Part shown: piece by piece, positions 8,197 through 16,228 of the stretch
How the letters are laid out: each line of letters begins with the position of its first letter
Numbering within the stretch: position 1 is the first letter of the stretch
Virus record (IMG/VR): IMGVR_UViG_3300029319_000347
Coordinates: 1 to 28,928 of that record
Length of the DNA stretch: 28,928 nucleotides
Reading direction: 5' to 3' (one strand)
Source: a virus
Taxonomy: Duplodnaviria > Caudoviricetes
Notes under the pieces: model-generated
Seen by the model: the letters and a program-made list of their open reading frames with translations, nothing else
Databases searched by the model: none
What the model was told of the DNA's origin: nothing
Translations under genes and position numbers: made by a program

Positions 8197-10175
8197 TGCC
8201 TATACCTAATACATCGAATGTCGACAGGGCATTAGCATGGGGATACCAGGCACAAATATCAGACGGTACTACAGACTTACTACTTAGACTTGCTGTAGCA
8301 CCAGGTAGAGAACTTAGTGTTACAACTGCACCATTAGCTGCGCAACAGATTAACACAGCACAAACACCAGAAGAATTTAGAGCAGAGTTTGGTCAAACTT
8401 ATGCAAGATCAGATTTTACTGGTGGTGCAGGATTGGACCAGGCACATCAAAGAAATGCAGCACCTAATGATTTTAGGAGATTTTTTGATAGCAAAGGTGT
8501 AGATGTATTTAAAAATGCAGGAGAAAAAGGTGACGCATATAGTTTATGTTTACATAAAGAAACAGAAGCTGTAGCTGCACATGCAAGTACAGAAGCAATC
8601 CAATGTATGGTTGAGTACGAAGATACTATAGTTTTAGGTAGAGGTAACCAAGTATTTATAACGTCAAATAATTTTGAAAGTGTAACAACATATATTAATG
8701 GTTCATCACCAAATACTGTAAAAGATATGGCATTAGATGGTTCTACTTTATATGTAGTTTATAGTGATGGTACTGACTCTGTAGTAAAACAAAAAGATTT
8801 ATCAGATTCATCAAGTTTTTCTAATTACACAAACACATTATTTGGAAGAGTTATAGAACAAATTTTTGCTGTAAAAAATATTATTATATCAGCAGAAGCA
8901 GACGGTAAGTTATATGAACTTGCAGGTACAGGTACACCTACATTAATAAAAGATTTACCATCAGGTGAGAAGTGGGCAGCTGTAGAAGACGCAGGTGCAG
9001 TTATATTAGCTGCAAGTGATGGTGGTTATATATATTCTATAAAAGAAGGTTCTAGCGGATTAGAACTAGCAGGACAAACATATATAGAAAACGAGGAGAT
9101 TGTAGATGTATTAGAGTCTAACGGTATAATATTCTTTTCTACAGCAGAGTCAACATCAGGAGGTGGTAAGGTAGGTAGATTATATAGAGGTGTATTAAGC
9201 AATGACACTAATTTGTATAATGTATCTAACAGACAACTTATAAAAGAGTTTGGTGCTGATGACAGTACACTAGATCATTCACCAGAAAAATTTTACGCAA
9301 CAAGAGACCAGGTATATTTTGGTGTTATAGACAGTGCAACAGAGACACATTTGTATTCTATATATTTACCAACATTAGGTTATGCTAGAGATAAATATTT
9401 TGTTACTTCTACAGCAGGTAAAGTTTTAGATATAGTTGTTGCTAAAGATCAACTATTTTTTCTAGTAGCAGGTGTAGGTCTAGTACAAGAAGCAAGCACT
9501 TATGTACAAGACGGCTATTTAATCATGGCAGCTGGTGACTTTTTTACATCACAACCAAAACAATGGGTAGGATCTAGACTTTATGTAGATACAATAGGTA
9601 ACAATACATCTGTACAAACTGATTTTAGTAATGATCTAAATGATTTGACTACACCTTCATCTACAAACTATGCAACAATACAGAACTTAGAACAAGGAGA
9701 AGGTGGCGACGAAGTTACAATACAAAACGTTGTTGCTAGATGGTTTATACCTAAGATAACATTACGTTCTAATGATGGTAAAACACATACACCAGAAGTT
9801 TATTCTTTTGCTGTACGTGCATTCCCAGAACCGGAAGACGTTATATTACGTTTACCTATTAACGTGTCAGATAAATTAGAACGACCTGGTAAGAGAGGTA
9901 AGACTATACCTGGTGCCGGTGCTAAATTATTTAACACTTTACAAAGATTAGAAGGTAAATCTGTAACATGCAAAGTTTTTAGACCTGATTTAATTGTGCG
10001 TGGTATTCTAGAGAATGTAACGTTACCTGTAACTGAAATAGTACAGAGAGGTTCATCTACAGTATTTTGTACAATACAAGTACGTGGACAGCAGGTAACA
10101 AATACATTAGATGAAGTTACATCATTAGGTGTACTAGGTGTAGGAGAACTAGGTATATATGAGTTTGGATCGTAA
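8196..10175 (+). CDS. Tail nozzle / tubular protein B-like (beta-propeller)
   Basis: 659 aa of repeated short beta-blades; SDFTGGAG near the N-terminus; sits between adaptor and fibres. Confidence 0.6.
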   Translation: MPIPNTSNVDRALAWGYQAQISDGTTDLLLRLAVAPGRELSVTTAPLAAQQINTAQTPEEFRAEFGQTYARSDFTGGAGLDQAHQRNAAPNDFRRFFDSKGVDVFKNAGEKGDAYSLCLHKETEAVAAHASTEAIQCMVEYEDTIVLGRGNQVFITSNNFESVTTYINGSSPNTVKDMALDGSTLYVVYSDGTDSVVKQKDLSDSSSFSNYTNTLFGRVIEQIFAVKNIIISAEADGKLYELAGTGTPTLIKDLPSGEKWAAVEDAGAVILAASDGGYIYSIKEGSSGLELAGQTYIENEEIVDVLESNGIIFFSTAESTSGGGKVGRLYRGVLSNDTNLYNVSNRQLIKEFGADDSTLDHSPEKFYATRDQVYFGVIDSATETHLYSIYLPTLGYARDKYFVTSTAGKVLDIVVAKDQLFFLVAGVGLVQEASTYVQDGYLIMAAGDFFTSQPKQWVGSRLYVDTIGNNTSVQTDFSNDLNDLTTPSSTNYATIQNLEQGEGGDEVTIQNVVARWFIPKITLRSNDGKTHTPEVYSFAVRAFPEPEDVILRLPINVSDKLERPGKRGKTIPGAGAKLFNTLQRLEGKSVTCKVFRPDLIVRGILENVTLPVTEIVQRGSSTVFCTIQVRGQQVTNTLDEVTSLGVLGVGELGIYEFGS

Positions 10176-11935
10176 TGGCAGATACTAGAAAAGCAGCAAA
10201 AGCATTTACAGAGAACGCGTTTGAAACTACGTTAACTTCTGTATTTAACTCTACTGATGTTACATTGTCAGTAAACTCTACTGGTAATCTTGCAGGATCA
10301 GGTCCTGTATACATAGTTATTAATCCAGATGACGCAGGTAAAAGAGAATATATATTTATAGACGGCAGCATTACATCTACAACAATGACTACATCAACAG
10401 TAGATAATAGATTTTTAGCAGGATCAGCAGCTAGTTCTGGTATTGACCATAGCTCTGGTGATCGTGTACGTATATCACCTATGTCACAACACTTTGATGA
10501 TATATGGAATGCAATAGGTAAAGTAGTAGATGTTGATTACAGCAGTGGTACAGCAGAGTCTATAAAAATAGCAGGACCTGTAGATGTAAACAATCAAGTT
10601 TTAAGTAATGTACCTGATCCTACAAATCCACAAGAACCTGCAACAAAAGCGTATGTAGACGCAAAAGATATAGATGATGACTTAAATATATCTGATGGTA
10701 GTAATACAGGCACAGTAGATTTAGATACTGAAACATTGACTGTACAAGGAACAGCTAATGAAATAGATGTTGGTTTATCAGGAGATACATTTACAGTATC
10801 ACAACCTGAAAATGTAACAATAGGTAATGAGTTAACTGTAACAAATCAAATACTTGCACAAAACGGTATACAAACAGACTCTATAAGCGAACGTAATTCA
10901 GGATCTAAAATAACAATTAACAGCGATATAGAACTTGCTACAGGTAATCAAGCTATTGGTTTTGGTGGCGGTGTTGTAAATAAAATTATAAATGGTAACT
11001 TTTGTGTTTGGCAAAGAGGTACATCATTTTCTGCTAATGGTTATACAGCAGATAGGTGGAGACTACAAAAGTCTGGGACTGGTAGTACTTCCGTATCACA
11101 AGGTAACTTTACATTAGGACAAACTGATGTTCCTGACAATCCAAAACATTTTATATCACTATCTAAAAGCAGTGGTACAACTAGCGGTTTTAATGATTAC
11201 ATTGCACAGCGAGTAGAAGGTGTAGATACATTTGCTTCTACACAATGTACAATAAGTTTTTGGTGTAAATCATCTTCAGGTACACCTAACATAAAAGTAC
11301 AAATATCACAAAACTTTGGTAGTGGTGGTTCACCAAGCACTGCAGTAACAACTGATGTAGGCACAAGTTCAACAACTTTGAATACATGGACAAAAAAAAC
11401 ATTTACATTTACTCCTGCAAGCATATCAGGTAAAACAGCAGGTACTAATGATGAAGGTACAACACATTATTTAGAAATACGTTTAATGCTAGAAGGTGGT
11501 TCTAATGATTCTGTGCAATTTGCACAAGTACAATTAGAGAGAGGACCACAAGCTAGTGATTTTGTTGTTACAGATTTTGCCACTGAACGTGCTAAATGTT
11601 TAAGATATTATCAAAGATACCATGCTAATGGTGCAGATCAAATAATAGCTTCTGGTGCAATAACAAGGTCAGACGCTGTTGACTGTTTTGTACCTATAGC
11701 AGCACCTATGCGTACAGATCCAACGTTTAGTAATAGTGGTTCGTTAACTTTTTATAGATCAACTGACACAGTAAGTGTTCCTAGTCCTGGTTTTAACCAT
11801 CAAACAGGTGGTGTAAACGGTTTAGGACCTGGTACAGGTATATTTGAAACAGACTTTTCTGGTCAACCAGATGGTCATGGTGGTGTGCTAGTCTTGAATA
11901 ACGGATCTAGTTTGATAGCAGACGCGGAGTTATAA
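10175..11935 (+). CDS. Tail fibre protein 1 with carbohydrate-binding-like C-terminal domain
   Basis: Ser/Thr/Gly-rich; PATKAYVD fibre motif; NKIINGNFCVWQRGTSF...ADRW...QVQLERG...CLRYYQ domain typical of phage fibres; ends ADAEL. Confidence 0.75.
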   Translation: MADTRKAAKAFTENAFETTLTSVFNSTDVTLSVNSTGNLAGSGPVYIVINPDDAGKREYIFIDGSITSTTMTTSTVDNRFLAGSAASSGIDHSSGDRVRISPMSQHFDDIWNAIGKVVDVDYSSGTAESIKIAGPVDVNNQVLSNVPDPTNPQEPATKAYVDAKDIDDDLNISDGSNTGTVDLDTETLTVQGTANEIDVGLSGDTFTVSQPENVTIGNELTVTNQILAQNGIQTDSISERNSGSKITINSDIELATGNQAIGFGGGVVNKIINGNFCVWQRGTSFSANGYTADRWRLQKSGTGSTSVSQGNFTLGQTDVPDNPKHFISLSKSSGTTSGFNDYIAQRVEGVDTFASTQCTISFWCKSSSGTPNIKVQISQNFGSGGSPSTAVTTDVGTSSTTLNTWTKKTFTFTPASISGKTAGTNDEGTTHYLEIRLMLEGGSNDSVQFAQVQLERGPQASDFVVTDFATERAKCLRYYQRYHANGADQIIASGAITRSDAVDCFVPIAAPMRTDPTFSNSGSLTFYRSTDTVSVPSPGFNHQTGGVNGLGPGTGIFETDFSGQPDGHGGVLVLNNGSSLIADAEL

Positions 11936-12138
11936 TGGGTGAAGATATAGCACTTATAGATTATTGTGAAAAAGGTTACTATCCTGACGGTACACAAACA
12001 ACATTAAATATAATATTTAAGAATGGCGATAGAACATGTATACCTGTAAATAAAACATGGGGTATATGGTATGACCTAGTACAAGAATGGGTAGCTGCAG
12101 GTAATACAATACAAGACAATCCTCCTGGAGGTGGATAA
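11935..12138 (+). CDS. Small fibre-associated protein (chaperone-like)
   Basis: 67 aa, coupled to the fibre gene; IP...YDLVQEWVAAGNTI motif. Confidence 0.55.
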   Translation: MGEDIALIDYCEKGYYPDGTQTTLNIIFKNGDRTCIPVNKTWGIWYDLVQEWVAAGNTIQDNPPGGG

Positions 12139-13061
12139 TGCCTACAACTAGAGGTGCATGGGAAGCAAAAAATGTAAACGCATTTGAAACACAGCTTACA
12201 AGTCAAGCAAATGCTTTAGATCTTACATTCTTTTTACAATCTACAACAGGATTACAAGCACCTTTTTATATGGTGTTAGATCCTGACGATAGTTCTGCAA
12301 GAGAATACGTATATGTTGACGGTAACATAACATCTACAACAGTTGTTACTACAGATATTGCAAATAGATATTTAGATGGATCAGCAGAGACAAGTGGTTT
12401 AGCACATATTGCAGGCACAAAAGTACGTATTGTACCTACTAAACAACATTTTGAAGATATATGGGACGCAATAGATTTACTTGTAGATACAGATTATTCT
12501 TCTGGTACAAAAGGCACAATAAAAAGTTCTGCAATAAATTCAGCACTTGGGGATATTTCAGTATCACAAATTGCAGCAGACTCACTTACAACAGAGTCAG
12601 AAGGTATTACAAATCAAAATGATGATGTACATATACCTACAAATGCAGCTGTAAAAGACTTGTTAGAAACACCTGCAATGGTTTTAGGAAACAAAGAACT
12701 AAAAGCATACAAAGAAACTACACAAACACTTACAAGTTCTAGTGGTGTTGTAGCAATTAATATGGCAAATGGTAATACAGGTGTAATTACACTAACAGAA
12801 AATATTACAGATATAGATTTTACAAATGTACCTACATCAGGTGTATCAACATTTACATTACAAATAACACAACATGCTAGTTCTGATAAAACTGTTGCTA
12901 TAAATGCTGTGACGGTAAATGGAGGATCTGATGTTACTGCATTGACACCAGGTGCTGCAGGTTTTACTATGACAACTGGTGCTAACAAAGTAGATTTACT
13001 TACATTTTTATTTGTAAACGGTGCTACACCACTTCTTAATTCATTACAAGATTTTAGTTAA
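12138..13061 (+). CDS. Tail fibre protein 2
   Basis: First ~125 aa are paralogous to 10175-11935; C-terminal beta domain (INMANGNTGVITLTENIT...FTLQITQ). Confidence 0.7.
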   Translation: MPTTRGAWEAKNVNAFETQLTSQANALDLTFFLQSTTGLQAPFYMVLDPDDSSAREYVYVDGNITSTTVVTTDIANRYLDGSAETSGLAHIAGTKVRIVPTKQHFEDIWDAIDLLVDTDYSSGTKGTIKSSAINSALGDISVSQIAADSLTTESEGITNQNDDVHIPTNAAVKDLLETPAMVLGNKELKAYKETTQTLTSSSGVVAINMANGNTGVITLTENITDIDFTNVPTSGVSTFTLQITQHASSDKTVAINAVTVNGGSDVTALTPGAAGFTMTTGANKVDLLTFLFVNGATPLLNSLQDFS

Positions 13062-13886
13062 ATGCCATTTGGATCAGGCAGATTCGGTTTATCAGGTACC
13101 AGAGACCTTTTAATACCACCAGACATAGGTGCAGATCCTAGCTATATATTTCATGCTAGTTCTTGGAATACTGCTAGCAATCAATGGGACGATCATTTAG
13201 GTAATTCAGTTACGCAAATAGTTGATGGTACACCTACTTATGTAGCAGCAGTTACAGATGTTCCATATTCAGGTGGTACTGCTGTAACACTACCTGCAGT
13301 CAGGTTTGATGGTACAGATGATGGTTGGGAAATAAGTCAAATACAAATAAATGCAGGTAACCAGAGTACGTTTTGGATTTCTAGATGGGGTGATGGCGTT
13401 TCTGATAGTAATGCAGCAGGTGAAGGATCACCAATAAGGGCATATAACTCTGGTGGTAAGACAAGTCATTTTGGTCATCAAGGTCATGGTGATGGTGTTA
13501 CTAGAGTGATGAACACAAACATTACACCAGACGAAAATGAAAATGGTAATACAGCGTCAACGTTAAGTTCAGCAGCAAATGGTGGTAATTGGTATGTACA
13601 TGGTTTTAGATCTAGTTCTTCTAATCAAGCAGAAGCAGCATACATAATAAGGGCAAGAAACGCAATAGGTGGTGGCACACTTAATACACAAATTACTAAA
13701 CAAGATGTAAACAGTGGTGATTCAGGTTTTACTGGACCTATGACTATAAATAAAGGTAGTGAAAGAAATGGTTATAGTCATTCCCCAGTTGATATAAATG
13801 GTATATGGCAATACAACACTAGCTTATCTGATACACAAATCAGTGATATTGTCTTGTACTTAGGTAACCTTGTCGGGTTAAACTAA
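13062..13886 (+). CDS. Lectin/LamG-like receptor-binding protein (putative)
   Basis: PAVRFDGTDD and YNTSLSDTQISDIVLYL resemble ConA/LamG-like domain ends. Confidence 0.55.
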   Translation: MPFGSGRFGLSGTRDLLIPPDIGADPSYIFHASSWNTASNQWDDHLGNSVTQIVDGTPTYVAAVTDVPYSGGTAVTLPAVRFDGTDDGWEISQIQINAGNQSTFWISRWGDGVSDSNAAGEGSPIRAYNSGGKTSHFGHQGHGDGVTRVMNTNITPDENENGNTASTLSSAANGGNWYVHGFRSSSSNQAEAAYIIRARNAIGGGTLNTQITKQDVNSGDSGFTGPMTINKGSERNGYSHSPVDINGIWQYNTSLSDTQISDIVLYLGNLVGLN

Positions 13887-13895
13887 TGGTATACT
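13887..13895 (+). promoter_or_regulatory. Extended -10 promoter for a probable leaderless mRNA
   Basis: TGgTATACT with 7 nt between it and ATG 13903; no SD sequence. Confidence 0.5.
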
Positions 13896-13902
13896 TTTAA
13901 TT

Positions 13903-14538
13903 ATGTCAATGTTATTAATGCTTAAAGAAGGTGGCACACTTGGTATAGACGGTAATCCTATTGATGAAGACATAGATTTATTACCTGACGCAGGTGGTGA
14001 CAACGGCAAACTTACACTAATAGAAACACAAACGTTAGCTTCTGCACAAGCAGAGTTTACATTTTCATCGTTACAAGCTGACACATTTGACACACATATT
14101 CTTATGGGCGAGTTAGCTGTAGATGGTACAGACGGTTCACAGTATGAAATCAGAATGCAGTACAGTGTAGGCGGATCACGTATTACTTCTGGTAATTCAT
14201 ACGAACATCGTTTTGTACAGATAAAAGGTGGATCAGGTTCTAGAAGCACAAGACAAGCTACACAAAATTATCACCTTTTACGTGAACAATTTGACGATCC
14301 TGCAAATGCAAAAAGTTTTAACATATACAACACAATATATAACTTAGGTAGTTCTACATTAGGTGCAACACAAGAGTTTAGAGGTAACTCACACTCTAGT
14401 GCTTCTAATAGTAGGCAGAGTGTTGGTGGTTATAATTTTAAACTTGTAGGTATAGTAAGCGACATACATCTTTACTCTACTGCAACTAATGGTTTTGCTA
14501 CAGGATCAAGATTATCTTTGTATGGAGTTGCAGTCTAA
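13903..14538 (+). CDS. Tail-region protein, tandem paralogue 1
   Basis: KLTLIETQTL...FDTHIL...SLYGV. Confidence 0.6.
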   Translation: MSMLLMLKEGGTLGIDGNPIDEDIDLLPDAGGDNGKLTLIETQTLASAQAEFTFSSLQADTFDTHILMGELAVDGTDGSQYEIRMQYSVGGSRITSGNSYEHRFVQIKGGSGSRSTRQATQNYHLLREQFDDPANAKSFNIYNTIYNLGSSTLGATQEFRGNSHSSASNSRQSVGGYNFKLVGIVSDIHLYSTATNGFATGSRLSLYGVAV

Positions 14539-15050
14539 TGGCAGGTAAATTCGAAAAGGTAAATACATTCACAGATTCTAGTGCAACTTCACTTACACTA
14601 GGCAGTATATTTAGTGCAGACTATAACTTCTATAATGTATATATACGAGGTGGTATGACTGGTGTATCAGACATAGCTGCAGAAAGACCAAAATTTAAAG
14701 TCTTAACAGCAGCAGGTGCAGAGTTTTCTACAGGTATATACGACTTTACATCTTTTGAATTAAATGGATCTAGCATTACAGACAATAATGCAAATGCTGA
14801 TCAAGACAACAGTATTTTAAATGTATTAGCTACAGGTGGTAATCATTTTTCTGCGCATTTAAAAGTATTCAATCCATTATCAACAACATTTTATAAATAT
14901 ATATGGGCAGCTTGCATAGGTTCAGGCGGTTACAACAAGGTTGGTACTATGGTAAAGTCACAAGTAGCAGCAGGTGGTTTAAAAATAGAAGTAGCAGGTA
15001 ATACGTTTGACGAAATACACGCTGCAGTTTACGGGATAAAACATACATGA
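14538..15050 (+). CDS. Tail-region protein, tandem paralogue 2
   Basis: GKFEKVNTFT...FSADYNFYNV...AVYGIK. Confidence 0.6.
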   Translation: MAGKFEKVNTFTDSSATSLTLGSIFSADYNFYNVYIRGGMTGVSDIAAERPKFKVLTAAGAEFSTGIYDFTSFELNGSSITDNNANADQDNSILNVLATGGNHFSAHLKVFNPLSTTFYKYIWAACIGSGGYNKVGTMVKSQVAAGGLKIEVAGNTFDEIHAAVYGIKHT

Positions 15051-15577
15051 GTGCAAATAAATTAGAACTTATAGAATCAGTAGAAGTAACAAGTAGTACA
15101 GCTACAGTTACATTAGGTGGTGCTAATTGGAATAACACATACGATAGTTATATGGTTATTTTAGACGGTGTAACAAATGATTCTGCAGATGAAATACAAT
15201 TACATTTATTAGATTCATCTAATGCAGAAATTACAGGTGCTTCTGACTACAGCTATTCTTTTCAAAGATCTACACAAGGCACATCAGAAACAACTGTAAA
15301 GAATACAAACACAGATGATATACAAATAGGAACGACAGGCACTGGTACAGGTGCAATGTTTGGTGCAGAATTTTTACTACAAGATTTTAATGACGCAACA
15401 AAAGTTTCTACAGGACACATGGATTGTGTTTTCCAGGACGCAGACGGTAAAGTAAATACAGAGACTGGTGGCTTCTTTATGACATCTGCAAGTCTAAATA
15501 AAGGTTTACTTTTCCGTATAAAAAGTAATAACAATTTCTTAACAGGTCGCTTTACAATTTACGGTATTGGTTCATAG
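15047..15577 (+). CDS. Tail-region protein, tandem paralogue 3
   Basis: KLELIESVEV...YDSYMVIL...GRFTIYGI. Confidence 0.6.
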   Translation: MSANKLELIESVEVTSSTATVTLGGANWNNTYDSYMVILDGVTNDSADEIQLHLLDSSNAEITGASDYSYSFQRSTQGTSETTVKNTNTDDIQIGTTGTGTGAMFGAEFLLQDFNDATKVSTGHMDCVFQDADGKVNTETGGFFMTSASLNKGLLFRIKSNNNFLTGRFTIYGIGS

Positions 15578-15583
15578 ATTTTG

Positions 15584-15592
15584 TGATACAAT
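15584..15592 (+). promoter_or_regulatory. Extended -10 promoter for a probable leaderless mRNA
   Basis: TGaTACAAT with 6 nt between it and ATG 15599; no SD sequence. Confidence 0.5.
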
Positions 15593-15598
15593 TCACAA

Positions 15599-15724
15599 AT
15601 GGATTATTTAATAGGATTGCTGTTTGGATATTACTTTAGACAATTTTTAGATTGGATTAAAGATTTTGCAGAACCAAAAATACCAGAACATTACAAAGAA
15701 GATGATTGGGACTGGATCAAGTAA
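15599..15724 (+). CDS. Small membrane peptide, 41 aa (not in track)
   Basis: MDYLIGLLFGYYFRQFLDWIKDFAEPKIPEHYKEDDWDWIK; fills the gap exactly. Confidence 0.6.
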   Translation: MDYLIGLLFGYYFRQFLDWIKDFAEPKIPEHYKEDDWDWIK

Positions 15725-15907
15725 TTGAGTACTAACGGTTTTACAACAAAAGAATACCTACAACAGATAAAAGAAGACATAGATCAAGCTAATGATCGTA
15801 TTGATGAGTTACATGAGAAGATAAATAAGTCTCCTACACGTCAAGAAATTTTAGGTTGGCTCGTTGCAATTACGTCTAGTGCTGCATTCCTAAATAGTAT
15901 AATGTAA
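15725..15907 (+). CDS. Small coiled-coil protein with C-terminal hydrophobic segment
   Basis: IDQANDRIDELHEKIN followed by ILGWLVAITSSAAFL. Confidence 0.6.
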   Translation: MSTNGFTTKEYLQQIKEDIDQANDRIDELHEKINKSPTRQEILGWLVAITSSAAFLNSIM

Positions 15908-16182
15908 TGATGAAGGGTTACGCATTGTACTGGAATATATCAAAACGCATGATTGCTGTATTTATAGCACAAGCATTGAGTGTTATCGGTGCAGGTAGTC
16001 TTGTAGGAATTGATGTCCTAGAGTCATCTCTACTTGCCGGACTACTAGGCGTAGCTAACGTACTGGAGATACTTGCTAGAAAATATCTTAATGATGGGCA
16101 ACTTACAATGGAGGAAGTCAATCAAGCATTCGGTATCCTCGATAGTAAAACACATAACGATATGAACGGGAGAGAGGTATAG
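15907..16182 (+). CDS. Small two-TM membrane protein (holin-like)
   Basis: Two hydrophobic helices (RMIAVFIAQALSVIGAGSLVG; SLLAGLLGVANVLEILA), then DGQLTMEEVNQAF. Confidence 0.55.
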   Translation: MMKGYALYWNISKRMIAVFIAQALSVIGAGSLVGIDVLESSLLAGLLGVANVLEILARKYLNDGQLTMEEVNQAFGILDSKTHNDMNGREV

Positions 16183-16184
16183 CT

Positions 16185-16223
16185 ATGGAATGTTGTGGCG
16201 GTGGTTGTTGCGGAACTAAGTAA
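16185..16223 (+). CDS. Candidate 12-aa Cys-rich micropeptide MECCGGGCCGTK
   Basis: GAGAGG at 16172-16177, 7 nt before the ATG; fills the intergenic gap. Confidence 0.4.
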   Translation: MECCGGGCCGTK

Positions 16224-16228
16224 GTTTC

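Noticed and set aside
10175-15577. Diversity-generating retroelement or invertible fibre cassette
   Set aside because: No reverse transcriptase or invertase, and no near-identical template/variable repeat pair seen; the paralogy is old and at protein level.
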